Assembly (NCBI GenBank): GCA_012026655.1
Contig: JAAILG010000198.1
Coordinates: 1 to 64,000 of the forward strand
DNA from: Hydrolagus affinis
Taxonomy: Eukaryota
DNA length: 64,000 nt
Reading direction: 5' to 3'
The position numbers and the translations under genes were made by a program. The notes below the pieces were generated by a model that had not been told where the DNA came from, searched no databases, and worked only from the letters and a program-made list of their open reading frames with translations. Below are positions 1-13,245 of the stretch, piece by piece. The stretch's first letter is position 1; each line of letters begins with the position of its first letter.

Positions 1-884
1 TTTTGCATCATTACAGGATTATTATATAAGTTCAACAATGTTCTTCAACTATATGAAGAAAAGTTGACAGGAAAATTGATAGTGTATCACATTCTAACTT
101 AAATTAGTAAGTTGATATGTTTTACTGCTCATTATTTGACAACCCATTGAAACACATATATTAGATAACAACAATGAAAAAAAACTTCTTTGAAGATAGT
201 AATGTTACCTTTAAACACTTCTCTGAAAACCTGATGAGTCATATACTTCAGATCAGCTAACTATAAGGTGAAGTCAGGTAAGTGAACATCATAAGTTATT
301 TAGATTGAGCAACAACATTTAATAAAAGGTTGGCACCCTTCCAAGTGTAGAAGCCTAGGAGGAATGCAGATTTTTACCACTATGTTTTTTTAGTCAGTCT
401 AATCTTCTCCTTTAGCAAGAAGATAAACAGGAATTTGAGAAAGCAGAGACACACTTCACAGATGCTAGTAATATAATATGGAACAATCTTGATTTCCCCT
501 TTCTCCAGTGCTTCTATTAATCTTTGTGCAATTTTATTATTAACAGAGAATTCCAACCATGGCAAAAGGTCGTGTTTTTTTCCTCCCAATTTGATGCTAA
601 TTGTTGCAGTGTTGTTCTGTGCAAATCGAGCAGCTAATGCATGAATACATTCCAGAAACAAATAAAATTTAAATTAGCTTCATCTGAACATTCCAGTGAA
701 AACGTTGGAAGATCCCAAACCGCAAGAATATTCTCGGACAGGAGCATGGGGCCAATGGGAAAAAAAATAGCATTTTACAGTCAGTCGCATCATAAAAATC
801 CCTTTTGAAAGTCAAACCCACTGTAGATAAGTATGATTAAATGTAACAGTTTTCTTTGTGCCCTCTTTTAGTTATACTCCCATG

Positions 885-1085
885 ATGGTTCAGTTGATAA
901 AGTCACTGCTCTAAGTGAAATAGCTATACAGATCTAAAAAAAACAAGATTCAATTACTGAGTTGTTCTGAATCAGCTATTATAGCTGACTTCAGTCAGGT
1001 AAGAGTAAAGGTGTTACAGTTGATATCAGAGCACCCTGTTTGCGAAAAAGACAATAAGTCGGTGTTCTTGTTTTGAGTTACTCTT
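885..1085 (+). mobile_element. Highly degenerate ancient tRNA-SINE 5' part (AmnSINE2-like family; name tentative)
   Basis: GGTTCAGTTGATAAAGTCACTG (A-box-like), then TAGCTGACTTCAGTCAGG and GGTGTTACAGTTGATATCAGAGCACCC. This is colinear with the reverse copy at 3940-4205 and with a recalled consensus (TTAGCTGATCTCAGC...GCGCTACAATTGGCCTCAGCGCCCC). Confidence 0.45.
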
Positions 1086-1183
1086 CCCGGAATATCTAAA
1101 TAAAGTAATTTATTGGTATTTAAACTTTAAAGATTAACAATACCAATTTACAGTATAGTATTTATAAAGCAAGAATACTACTC

Positions 1184-1476
1184 ATAATAATCCTTGCATT
1201 TGATAGAGTGCGTTTTGCGTCTTCTAGATGTCTCAAAGCGTTTCACAGAATATACTGTAAAGTGATTTGACTGAATACTTTGTTGGTGAAACGCGGCAGC
1301 CAATTGCACACAGCAGTGTCCCACAGATGGTTGTGGATTGAGATAACCAATTTATTATTTGTTTTTCTTTTGAGGGATTATTATCAGGTGCGTGGAGTAA
1401 GGAAACTTGCCCAAGGTTTTGCCCTGCCTGGAATTGAATCCGGGTCTCTCATTTGCAAGACTGAGCTACAAGACTC
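1184..1476 (-). mobile_element. tRNA-derived SINE, near full length (chimaera SINE2-1_CM-like)
   Basis: Reverse tail ATAATAATCCTTGCATTTGATAG, body CAGCCAATTGCACACAGCAGTGTCCCACA, B-box region GGAATTGAATCCGGGTCTCTC. Colinear with 40373-40689 except for a ~20 bp deletion in the head. Confidence 0.92.
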
Positions 1477-1869
1477 TTAAGTTGAAAGAAGTTTAAAGCA
1501 AATTCACTGTCCTACATACAATCAGTCAGGTTATGCTTTGTTTGACTTTTTCCACAGCCGGAGGATTTTCATCCAGAATCTTGTACCCATCTTCACCTTC
1601 CCAGTGCTGATCCTCTGCAATAAACATTACACAATCTCTATCTTATTTACAGTTTGTACAGCAGGATTACCAGGGGGAGTCATCCAGGCCAGGACAACCT
1701 TCCAGAGAAGTAAAAAAACACACTGAATGAAAAAGTCCATCGACATTCTTTCAACGCATATTCTATGAGGGAATGTCTAATTAATTCCCCCAAGTGCAAG
1801 ACCTAGGTATGTTTAAGCTACAGTGATGGATACATTCTTCTGCAAGTTCCTGGTTCTCCAAATAAATAA

Positions 1870-2235
1870 AATAATAATTTCGGGCATATGACACAAAGCA
1901 CTTCATGGGATTTACTTTAAAATGTAGTGCCTGGGTATTTTGTACGTAAAACACAGCGGTCAATTTGTCAACACCAACGCCTCACAAGCAGCCGTGAAGT
2001 GAATGACCAATTTTGTCTGGGGTTTGTTGGCCCGGACGCCTCTTTTCAACCATGGAATCTTTAACATCCACCCAAACAGGCATAAATGAGACCTTAGTTC
2101 AAAGTCTCATCTGAAGAATGGAACATCAGACAATACAACATTCCCCACACACTGTATTGGATGATTTAGCTTTGGACTGCAAAATTGAAAGTCCCAACGT
2201 GGGCTTGAACCTACAACCCACACAGAGGCAGGAGT
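1870..2235 (-). mobile_element. Older DeuSINE (SacSINE1-like) with Deu domain and tRNA head
   Basis: Reverse Deu-domain motifs CCATGGAATCTTTAACATCCACC and GTCTCATCTGAAGAATGGAACATC, and reverse B box GTGGGCTTGAACCTACAACC. Confidence 0.8.
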
Positions 2236-3111
2236 CTGTATCAGGCCATCACCTAAGGATGAACTGTATTTGTTGTATTTTGTTATGGGAGAGCTGTGAA
2301 TATTGGACAGTTTAAGAGCAGTGGATTATCAGAGCCCCATCTTGGATGTGCTTTTCAGTGAAACTCTGTTCACAATTGTTTCAAGGACCTTTAATTGATC
2401 CCTTTCTATCTTTCTAACTCAATCTCAGAAATCCATTGCTCTCTGTGTAATTTAATATACAGTGGAGGCTACTTATTGTTAAATGTATAAGTAGCTTAAT
2501 TTACTTATTACATAATTTTTAAACATCAAATGCAGCACAATAGGCCAGCAAAGTAATACCACAGGGCTATCTTCCTAATGCTCTTTCAGGCATGCTGCAT
2601 TCTATCCCCAGGCCACCGCACCTATCATTTCATTGCTTTGATCCTCAACCTTTACATGTGTCCTCACTCTTCAATGATTGACAGACAAAGAGTAGCACTT
2701 GACTGTTTTTTCTGATATCCCTAACCTCTTCCTCTACCTTCACAGAACCAGTCAATATTTCTCAGGCAAAAAAATGTTTTCACAATTTCAGAGTTTGAAA
2801 AATCATGCTGATACATCTAATACCACACGAGGCACCATAAATCTAAATCTAATAAATCTAACCAAATAAAAACACACTTGACTTTATGGTTGATAGGTTT
2901 CGCAGCAGGTTCTTTAATCGCAAATAGGGGCGCATTGGAACACAGATGATATTTGGTTTGCCTTGCAATTAAAAAATTCTATTATCTAGTCCATTTATTA
3001 TCCTACCTTATCTAGATGAACTTTTTCACTGGAACAATTTTATGTTCATTTGAGGTAATTATACTCATTATGGTGAGATCCTTTTGCTGGTGCCAGGACG
3101 GGTCACTTCCT

Positions 3112-3256
3112 TCAACAACAACAACTTCTATTTATATAGTGCCCTCCACGCCAGACGGCGTCTCAGAGCGCTTCATGAGAAGAGGGAGAAATCCTTCAAA
3201 TGCTCTGGGAAGTTACTCTGTGCGAAGGGTACTATATAAATACAAGTTGTTGTTGA
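3112..3256. mobile_element. Inverted pair of L2-like 3' tail fragments, tails outward
   Basis: Left arm CAACAACAACAACTTCTATTTATATAGTGCCCT...CTCAGAGCGCTTCA and right arm TGCTCTGGGA...AGGGTACTATATAAATACAAGTTGTTGTTG are imperfect reverse complements around a ~20 bp spacer. Confidence 0.8.
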
Positions 3257-3939
3257 TTGTCCACACCATTGAATGGCTGTTGACTGACCACACCAACATT
3301 ATAAAGTGGGGAGACAGCATTGATCCTGAGGACCTTTCTTTCTAAATCTCGTTAAGTAGATTTCATATTAATAAGTATTTATTAAGGATCAAATAGATAT
3401 GTACAATTCTCATGACATATTCGCACAAAATGCTTGGGTGCGGCAGTAACTCATCAGATTGATCAAAGCTTTGAATTCTCTCAACTTATTAAAGAGCCAA
3501 TCTCATAAACAGATCATCAATAACTTTAACATTCCAGGACCCGATTTCAGTGTTGTGAACATGTGTCGGCTTGCCACAGAACGCCAGACTCAGGTATTTG
3601 TAAATTTAAAGGTCTAACATGGTACAATGTGAGACAAAGGGATAGATCAGGCCCCCACTCTATAATCACACTCCTGTAGTAATGCAGCACGAGCATTTCC
3701 TAATTATAATAATTAAACCTATTAATAGGGCCATCAGTATCATTGTCCTCATTTGAATATATTGAATTTGACCTTCCAAACAATCCCCTCAATCCTTTAA
3801 TTCCTTTTGTAATCTGTATCTTTCATTCTATTTTTTTTTTTAAATCTCTTCTGTTGTGACTTCATCATAAACTAACCCTAATGTGTTCATAATGGATTCT
3901 TCAACCCTTTTCTTCCCCAGGTTTTCCCCTCTTGTGTGA

Positions 3940-4205
3940 AGTGACCCCACCCTGAGAAATGGTTCAATTGCATCTGATACCACCTTGGAACCTTAACTAA
4001 GCGAGTGTTCTTAATGCACAGACCCAAAGAATGAATGCCACTAGACCATTCAAGCACAGTGGTATTACAGTCTCAGATGACATCCGAAAACATGTACTTA
4101 TACACAGGATATACCCAGAAGTGGGCAGTTTGGCTGAGGTCAATTGTAATGCTTCCACCATTAGCACATCTGAAACCAGGTAGCTCAGCAGACACCAGGG
4201 ATCCA
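3940..4205 (-). mobile_element. Ancient tRNA-SINE body (AmnSINE2-like; name tentative)
   Basis: The reverse complement reads GATCCCTGGTGTCTGCTGAGCTACCTGGTTTCAG...GCATTACAATTGACCTCAGC...TTGAATGGTCTAGTGGCATTCATT...CATTAAGAACACTCGCTTAG, colinear with a recalled ancient vertebrate SINE consensus. Confidence 0.6.
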
Positions 4206-5639
4206 ATCTGCGAAACTAAGCTATTGGGGGGTGAGCTTCAGAGCTTGGTGCCCTGAACCCAGTTGAATCTATTTAATTTAGCACAGGCCAAAATGACTTG
4301 CACTGAAAACAATTTCCCATGGTCCATACTTGCGGTTGACCCAATTGAGTTCATGTGCGCGGAAGTATTAAATTACCTGCCCAAGGCATGGACTGACTTT
4401 TTCTAACTGGCAGAAAACAGTAGGGTATCACGTCAGCCACTTAGCCCAATACGAATCACCTGTTTTGTAGCCAAAACAACCGCAAGGTCAAGTGATGCAA
4501 ATTCCCCTCTCCGTAATATTTTTTTCTCTCTCTCTCATTCTCCTTTTTTTTGCTCCCCTTCCTCTTCTTCCATCCACGTTCCCTCCAGCTGAGAAGCTAG
4601 ACAGACAACCTATTCCCAGGGGTGACTACTACAACATTACAAGGTTTGACGGAGAATACCTGTAAAACAAGAAACATAAAAACTGACACAAGCAACTGCA
4701 CTATCTATAAGCATCTGTTTAGTGTAATTCAGCTTGCGATTCAGTTCCAGGCAGGCCTGCTTTACTTTAACTTGTCTAAAACATTCATGACAAAGAGCAA
4801 TATGTCTGCTGCAGAACATCATGTCTTACTTTATAAAGACTTCACAACATTTCCTTTGAGTACGCACTCTCTTGGAACCCAATCGTTGACATTTGGTAAC
4901 TTTCACCACATATTCCCAGAGGCAATCCCTTCTTATGCAATATTGACATTGCTTTGCCATGCTCCCCAAAATGGAGTTGGTGTCCTCCAAGTTAACTCCC
5001 TGGCTAACAGTATTATTATTAAAGCATATAAGCTATAACACTGAGTAATGCAACCTCCTGCGTTTTAGGAATTGATTTCTGAAGCTTTCATATAAACATA
5101 TATATTTTATAACAGTCATTAATTTTGGAGGAGAATCCAACCAACCTATTGCCCAATGTTTGTCTCTGTGGCTAGAGACCACATTTATTTATAAATCCTG
5201 TTTGTTTTTCTTAACAGTCCGAGCTGCTGGTCCTACAGGGAGGGTTAAGTGCAGGATGCAAATCAAGTGTGACTGAAAACTAATAAATTTTTGCATGAAC
5301 AATCACAATGACAGTCATGACATGCGTGTCTCATTACTGCAAGTTCTGTTTGTACATCGGTATGGCTACTGCAGACAAAAGAATAGTATGAATAAAACAT
5401 TTACTTTGCAGCCTGAAACTCACTTGTTAATGAGCACAAGTCAAAGTATCTGGGCTGTTTAATTGGAATCAAGCCTTAAAATGGATGTGCGAATTAATGC
5501 TAGTATTGGTTTTAGTCAACTATTTCTATTCAGGTCATTGGATCTTGGCATTAAAAAGGAAGAAAATAATGAGGAAACAAATTATTTTTTTGATCACACG
5601 AGACCAAAGCTGTTTGAATTTTAAAAAAATACTCTTGTG

Positions 5640-5962
5640 GGTGACTTGGTAGTGTTGTGGGTTAGCACACTGTCTTTTCATCTTTAAAATGTTGATTTCA
5701 ATCTAGCCCAGACTGATGATATTAAACTTTTTCTTTGCAGGATACAGGGGTACTATGTGAAATGTGTTCAGCAATCAAAATCCAGTTTCTGGTCCACATG
5801 TAAAACTCTTAACAACTCAGCACAAATTGACCCTTACTGAGAGAAGCCATTATATGATTAGTATGAGAAACGGACATATTCCCTTTGTGTACATGTGTGA
5901 GGGGAGGTTGGGACAGTCAGAATATTCTAAAGCTGAAGATTGAAATACACTGTTGTGGCAGA
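5640..5962 (+). mobile_element. LF-SINE-like relic
   Basis: Ordered matches to the recalled LF-SINE consensus: CTTTTCATCT, TTCAATCTAGCCCAGA, CTATGTGAAATGTGTT, TCCAGTTTCTGGTCCACA, CACAAATTG, GATTGAAATACACTGTTGTGGCAG. Confidence 0.65.
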
Positions 5963-5968
5963 GGAGAC

Positions 5969-5990
5969 AGAGAGAGAGAGAGAGAGAGAG
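5969..5990. repeat. (AG)11 microsatellite
   Basis: Direct read of the sequence. Confidence 0.95.
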
Positions 5991-8573
5991 AAAAAGAGAA
6001 AGTTTACTCTACATTAAACAGGATCTTGCCTGACCTGTCCTGGGCATTCTCAAGTCTAACACTGGGTTCAAATCTATTCATTTCATATTCAAATTATGGA
6101 GGATAGATAGCAAAATGGATCAATGTCTTCCCCTTATGTGGACATGCAGAAGAGTTACAAAAAACACAAAACCCTAAACTGGCAATATGATGAACAAGAT
6201 TGCTTGTGATGGCCAGACGTAGAATAATCCAGATGAAAAGAACACATCCCCAAAGGATTTTTTTTGACTGGTCAGACACACAATACTCGCACAGGTTCCA
6301 ATTCATGAGACAGACATGACCTATAGCCAAATGCTTGAAGTTAAAACTGAAGTAAGATCTGGCATAGCAATAGTCATGCATCTACTGTAATTTTTTTCCA
6401 GGAACAATGTTTCTGTACAGCTGCAATGATGAGCTCCCTCATGACTTTGTAACTGTTCAGAAATATTGTTAATCGCAAAATTCATGGCAGGCTGCTCAAA
6501 AACATTATGAAAATGATGGCAGATGAAGCGACAATGGATTTCTAGTTCATGCTTCCCAGGACAAAAAAAAAAGATCTTTCTCTTCATTTACTCCATTGTG
6601 CTTAAAATTCCGATTTCAGAAGGTATCAACATGCAATACGATGGAAGCACATTACATGCACGTCTCTTGTGGTTCTGTCAACAAAACTCCTGCTCAAAGA
6701 ATAATAATCCCTGACCTGGAGGAATTTGGAAAGACTTCGCTCTGCTAAGCTGCTAATGCGTGTTATTTAAAGAACAATTATGCTTGCATTAACAGTTTGT
6801 GGCTGTTGTGCACTGCACTGTGTATGTCCAATTTGTACTTGAATAAACAGTCTGGGAAAATAAATATCTGTTGCGTCACCATAGCTTTTCATCTCCTTTG
6901 AAAATAAATTTTAACATCTTAATTTTCTTAAGACCCATAAATCCACAAACTGCATTTCAAAAGACATTGGTAATCAAAACATACTTACTCTCGTAGGTGA
7001 AAGGGAAACAGCAACTTGAATCGGGTAAAGTAATGTAGGCACTAGCTACATTGAACATGTGGTTTTTGGCTTATTCTGAAATAGATAAGACAAAAAAATT
7101 AGATTTAATTTGCCACATTTACAATCAGATGATTTTTGATTAGGTTGTTTCCAGTTACATATACGTAATACGAAAGTAATGTGTGTATTATTTGTGTATC
7201 TACAAAATTTGCGACGCCTGATCACTATCTCTTGTATTAGCTTGCTTTGCTCACAGGTTACACAGTAGTCGTATCACAATATGGTACAATTAGTATCCAA
7301 GTTTACTTACTGGCTCACAAAGCAACCTTCTGCCTCCCGCCACCCCCAAACTCACTTGTGCCTTACATTTCACAAAATTGCTGCAGGTGTATTTTAATCA
7401 GGTTGGCCCACAACAATTAATTTAATTAAAGGTTTACTCTTTGGAAGATTTTGCCTTGCACATTAACTGATCAACTTTGCGAAATAGGGTTTGCAATAAT
7501 TATTCCCAAAGTAGGATTATTGCTGAAGTAACTCTTCTGTCATAAGCTCCGATGGACCAATAACATTACCGCAAGGCAAAACACATCCATCCATCCATTT
7601 TCGTTTGAACCAGCAAATGTACTTTTTCAACTCTCTGCTGTCACCTCACCCTCATTTTGGTCTCCAAAGATGAACAAGCCTGCAGGAACAGCTTAAGCAG
7701 TCATTATAAGAGAGTTTTTTTTGTTAAAAACAATTTTATACTTAAGTTTTTTTGCCCATGGCAAACTACTGTACTTGACAATAGCATATGTAGAAATACA
7801 TGTTGATACGAATTGAACTTGTTCTTACTGCAAAACGCATAGTGCAAAGATGGCAATCGCCAACACACATCTTTTGTTTATTATTTTAATAAAGTGACAG
7901 ATTGCGGGGGAAATATATCCTCTAAATATTTCCCTACAATCACAAAACATGACTGAATTGGCTATCTGGCACGGCAAGACAATTGTCAGCTGCTATTATA
8001 TTCTGTGACGTAAATTCATGCATTAGTAAGTTACAAAATTCAGCACTGCAGCAAACACACTGCACTGTAATATCTCTGAAGAAAACCAACCCCTATCAAT
8101 GTGATTTTTTTCTCTTTCTCTATGCAGCATATCAAAGCAAGATTGCCGAATTTGTTTCAATTAGTGTTTAGGATGATGTAGCTTGGTAGTAAGTAAGTGA
8201 TGGATCTGTCATTCCTTTGTCCAAGACAGTTACACTGAAGATTAAATGAAAAATAGATTGTATTGTTATTGTGAGATAATTCATTGTAAAACTACTTTAG
8301 AAATTCATAGAAAATAGTTGTAGTGAAGTACAATTGTATTGTTAACATATCTATCACCAGCTATTGTGTTTGAAGTCACTAAGAGAAATATTCTCTCTCT
8401 TGGTGAACAAAGGGAATGGTGAACAAAGACTAGAATGATTACAAGCCGAGCATATAGCATCACAATTTATCTATCAGTGGTTACACAGATGTCATGTACT
8501 ATTTTTCCTAAAACTGCAATAAGTGAAAAAAACTGAAATAAAGTTATGATGGAGGACGGAGAGCAAACTAACA

Positions 8574-8820
8574 AATAATAACCCTTGCATTTGATATAGC
8601 GTCTTTCATTTTTGGATGGTGCCCCAAAGAGCTTTGAATGTAAAGTGTAGTGGCTGTGTATCTTGTAGGCAAATGTAGTAGCCAAGTCATACACAGCACT
8701 GTCCCACAAACATGAGGTGATTGACAAATGTTATCTCTGGGATTATTGCTGAGGACGCCAGGAGAAATTCTCTTTATCTAATAGTGCTGTGGGAACTTCA
8801 GCATCCACCTGAACAGGCAG
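8574..8820 (-). mobile_element. DeuSINE 3' half
   Basis: Reverse tail AATAATAACCCTTGCATTTGATATAGCG, then CACAGCACTGTCCCACAAAC, GGACGCCAGGAGAAATTCTC and ATAGTGCTGTGGGAACTTCAGCATCCACCTGAACAGGCAG. Confidence 0.85.
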
Positions 8821-11095
8821 GTGTTGAAGTTAGCCTTATCAAGCTATTAGTAAATTGTTCCTTTTCTTGTCTCTGTTTGGAAGCATTTCAATGTGTGAAA
8901 ACATCCAACTTCCCTGTCTGTTGAATTTGGTCAAATGATTAGCTGTTCCCCCAAATTAAATGTAAAATGAAATGTTTAATAAAGAGATAACCTTTTCGAT
9001 AAATAATAATAATAAATATACCATCACCATGAAGATTAGGGAGAAAGCACAGAGAGAATTGCGAAGAGAATTGTTTTATATTTTCTTCCTAAAATGCAAA
9101 GGGCTTTTCTCTTATTTATTTTTTCTCAATCATTGCCCTTTGCTTCTCACCCCACCTATGTGTGATGCATTAAAAATTATATAATAAAAAAAAGTTATAT
9201 ATACTATTGTCTCTTCTTTCAATATTTGAATTCCCAGGAAATGATAACATGTAGCCAAACCTTTGCTTACATTGCTTTGTAAATGACCCCCTTGCTATGC
9301 CTTGATTCACTGGCCAAGATCATGAATTCACTTTTGTGAATAGATGTGCCCACAATAACATTCTGCCATATAACTTTACCCATGTTGAGCCGAATTCTTA
9401 GAAGTACTATACTTATTGATTTCTTTTATAAATGGCAGCACTTTTGAACTGCCTCAAATGAAAAGTAACCGTAATAATGTGATAAAGTGTTCATTGAAAC
9501 ATGTCAATTGTAAAGTAGCATTATCAAAATTAGCTAAAAAGGTAAAAGTAAATGATTGAAATGCACGAGTTCTATCCTGTCAAATTACAGAAAACAAGAA
9601 GATTGTGGATTAACTGCGAATAAATCTAAAATTTAAAGACCAATTTATACCTGGAACACAGCTTGAAATACTCCAATGAAAATAATCAAATCTTTGATGC
9701 CTTTTAAAACCAGTCGGGCATTGTAGAAATAGATAAATTGGATGCCATGAATTATTCATCTACAAAGCCAAAGGACGTTTTAATAGGTTGCTTGAGATAG
9801 GGCAGATGTTAGCATCTGCATATTGTTAATTATTTGTTTCCAAATGAAATGCTGATCAATATAGTTATTTTACAAACAGGAAGCAACAGACAGACTGTAG
9901 GGTTTGTGAATAATAAAATGCAAAGACTAAAAATGGCTCTGTTGCAGTTGAACACAGTGAAGATAATTAAACATAACTTTTTCTTCATGCAAAGTTTGGC
10001 CCAAACTATAAGATCATTGCACCAGCAGTTTAATTAAGGATTAATAGTCCTTCCGAGTGATGAATTTCTGAAGAACAAATGTCAGGTTTTATTAAATGAA
10101 GTTATATTTTTGTGCAGCTTGTGCTGATGGAAAAGGGGTTACCACAACTGATACATTCTAAAGATCAAACAGACATTTCAGTCTATCTTGCAACTATCCA
10201 TTAGCATTTCTCATTTAGATGAAATGTTGGAAGAAAAGAAGCTTATGAGACATCAGAATTGTATACATTATTTTCATTTCTTTGATTAAAACGGGTCAAA
10301 AATTTCACTCACTAACTAGCCTAGGGCAAGTTATTCTCTAGTTTTGGCAATTGTGAATAAAAAAGCAACTCACCAGCTTGCAAGTACCATCAGATTAAGT
10401 AACCCCCATTAAAATAGTTCGAGATCAAATAGGAAATATTTTGAAAATGGACGGCAACTGAATACCAACGCTAGCGCCACCATAATTATCCAGGGACTTC
10501 AATGGAAAGGAAAGCCGTGAATGTGTTGGATGAAAAAAGATATTCATAGAGCTTGGAAATAATAATCGTGTCCTAAAACGTGACATTTGTAAAATTCTTT
10601 GATTCCAAATCAGCGTTGATCAAAATATCATTTCTCTTAGAAGCAGAAAAGACCAATTTAAAAATCCTTCAAAAAAAAAAGCACAATTCTGTCTGCATTT
10701 CTATTTCGATCATTTCGCAGAAAAGTTTGTATGTGGTAACAAGCCTGTTCTGTTTTAGTAAGGGGGTTTGCGACTTAATTTCGATTCATTGGAGCTACGA
10801 TGTTTTCCAACCACTTGATTATTTTTGTGCATGTGTGTGCACCATCTAGCTTGATACCTGAAAGGTATATAACAAAGGGAAAAAATTGAAAAGTGAAAAT
10901 GAAATCGTGAAAGAGAAAAAAAGGTTCCAAATTTAGATCAATAGCAACTTGTTATTTGGAAAAACTACTTTAAGTCACCAAATAGCACTTAGATGACTAA
11001 ATTATTTCCCTTGGATCTTCTGTGTCCTCTTTATTATCAAAGGCTGATGTCAAGGAAGAGTTCTCCATATGGCAATGAATCAATAACAAAGTATT

Positions 11096-11248
11096 TGTGA
11101 CGCAGGCCAAGGTCAGACAGAACTGAACACACGGAGGCAGACAAAAAGATGGTTTATTAGTACAGTGGAAAAATCTCAGAGGGCTCTCTCGTCTGCACAG
11201 ACAATGCTCACGGGATCAAAATTCCAATATCCATACTACACTTTAACA
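11096..11248 (-). mobile_element. Possible solo-LTR remnant
   Basis: Begins TGTGACG on the + strand, so the minus strand ends ...CGTCACA with AATAAA about 60 nt upstream (TTTATT at ~11153). No clear TSD. Confidence 0.25.
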
Positions 11249-12487
11249 AAGCGATTCTGACAATTTCTTTGGGGAGACATGGGACAAACTTTATGTTTGC
11301 GAGTGGACTGAGGAAGTATAAATTTTATCCAAAAGAGTGTTTGAAAAGCGTAATTCAAATTGAACTTGAACCCACCCATTACCCAAATATAACTCTCCTA
11401 CTGAGGAGAACGTTATTCCTGGGATGTTTGTTCCTTAAATCAGAAATAAGCCTCACCCCACAAAAAAAAACATTCCATGAAACAAAAGTCAGTAGCATAT
11501 CTATGACTTGTTTCCTGTCTCACTTGGGTTTTGAAGAAAAATATTTGGCCAACACAGGGATATGATGCTATAAAAGGTCAGTGGCTTGGAAACTGCGATT
11601 GTCCAAATGCCATCAGGAGGGGGTTGTGAGTGAGGGCCTGGTACTTTCTCACAGCATTTGTCTGATGACTAAGCCAAGGACAGTGTTGGCAATAACAATC
11701 TTTTAGCTACTGAATTGGAGCCTGCCCCAAGTAGACGAATAAATTGTGTGTGTGTAGAGGGGCGCGCGGGCAGGAAGATGGAAAATGGAAAATAAATACA
11801 ATTTTAAAACAGTGGTCAAAAAACATTAGACATTTATAAATAATATATAATAATATAAACACTCCATACAATCTTGAGCTGACAATACTTTTGTTTCAGT
11901 GAGAAAGTTAATTCCGGCAGTGGAAGAATGCAGAGTGTAAAGTGTGAACACTTTAGTTATTTCATGCCCTGATATACCCTGATATTTCATGTCTGATATA
12001 CTCAGACAGTTATTATTTACTTATCATCTGGCTTGGTCATGTACAAAAAAGAATCCTTTGGATATTTAATCTGATCTCGGCCGCCGAGTCTCATCGTGAC
12101 ATGTACTGTTTTCCAACCAAGAGGCCAAGCCGGTGAGTTGCTTTGCTAGCCAGTGGACACTTAGCGTGCATTTGTCTCGTACAGCTTGGCTCAGGTGCAC
12201 GCGATAGCTTCTGTAAAGCTTCTCTTTCAATGTGCCTTTGTCGTTGATCGGTTTCTTATACAGTAATACAAAACTATGCACACATCCACTTTATCACTTT
12301 TGTCATGCTCCAGTCACATGCAATTGTTCCTGCTCCCTCTAATGGTCGCGGTAATGAGAATCTCCACAAAATTGCACTGGGAGACATTGGCCACACAAAA
12401 AAATGATTCATTTCGGAGTGATTTTGTTGTAAAACCGGTCATCTTAGACGTCTGTCAGAAGCCAACTCCGATACACTGAAGCGAACA

Positions 12488-12620
12488 GCATTTCGCCCAC
12501 AAAGTACACAGTCATTTCACTTTACAGCATATGATGTGAAGCACTCGGAGACGTCTCGAAGACATGATAAGGCACGATATCAATAGCAAGGATTATTATT
12601 TGGTATTATTATTATTATTA
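12488..12620 (+). mobile_element. SINE 3' fragment
   Basis: GCATTTCGCCCACAAA...CACTTTACAGCATAT...GAGACGTCTCGAAGACATGATAAGGCAC...GCAAGGATTATTATT. Confidence 0.9.
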
Positions 12621-12794
12621 CTGCCTGCAGATTATCATAAGGTTGGCGGGGAAACTAAAAGCAATAATTTAATAAAGAACACATCCAGCCAGTCAACTTG
12701 CTTTCATCAATAGAACTCAACACAGCATATGTTGATTTGGCAATAATTCAACTAATTGATAATCCTAGCAATAACTACTTTGGTTGAAAAAAAC

Positions 12795-13245
12795 AAGAGG
12801 GCTGCATTCTCGCCAATTAACTCTCATCTCAGCCTGCGAAATTATGGATGGCCGTGATTCATTTATGCAAAAATAAAACCATTGGTAATCTGGTTTGCCA
12901 CTTGTGTTTAGCAGGGCTGTTTGCTGACCAAATCTGAAGTTTGCAAAAATTCAATCCATTGACTTCCTCTGGTTTCACCGTACAATTTAGCTAATGACAT
13001 TTTGCTAATCTTGTGATATAAATATTCTGTTCATGCCATTTTTAAAAAAAAAACATTGCTTTTTTGCCGGTGAAAAGAGGCTAATTTGTTGATTATTATA
13101 ACATTATACATCTTTTTTTTTTCTTTTAGCTAGCAGAGATGCTGCAATTATTTAATTAGCCATTAATCAACGCACAAGTATTCCATTATTTTTAGTCAAT
13201 TATGCTATTAAATGAAAAAGTGGCAATATAATTTCCTCCTTGTAT
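12795..13245. promoter_or_regulatory. Candidate conserved non-coding element (enhancer-like)
   Basis: Repeat-free and dense in TAAT/ATTA cores, with TGATTCATTTATGCAAAA (octamer-like) and TTATGGATGG (Pbx/Hox-like). Conservation not tested. Confidence 0.35.

Noticed and set aside
231-260. CTGATGAG as a possible hammerhead core
   Set aside because: No stem II followed by GAAA.
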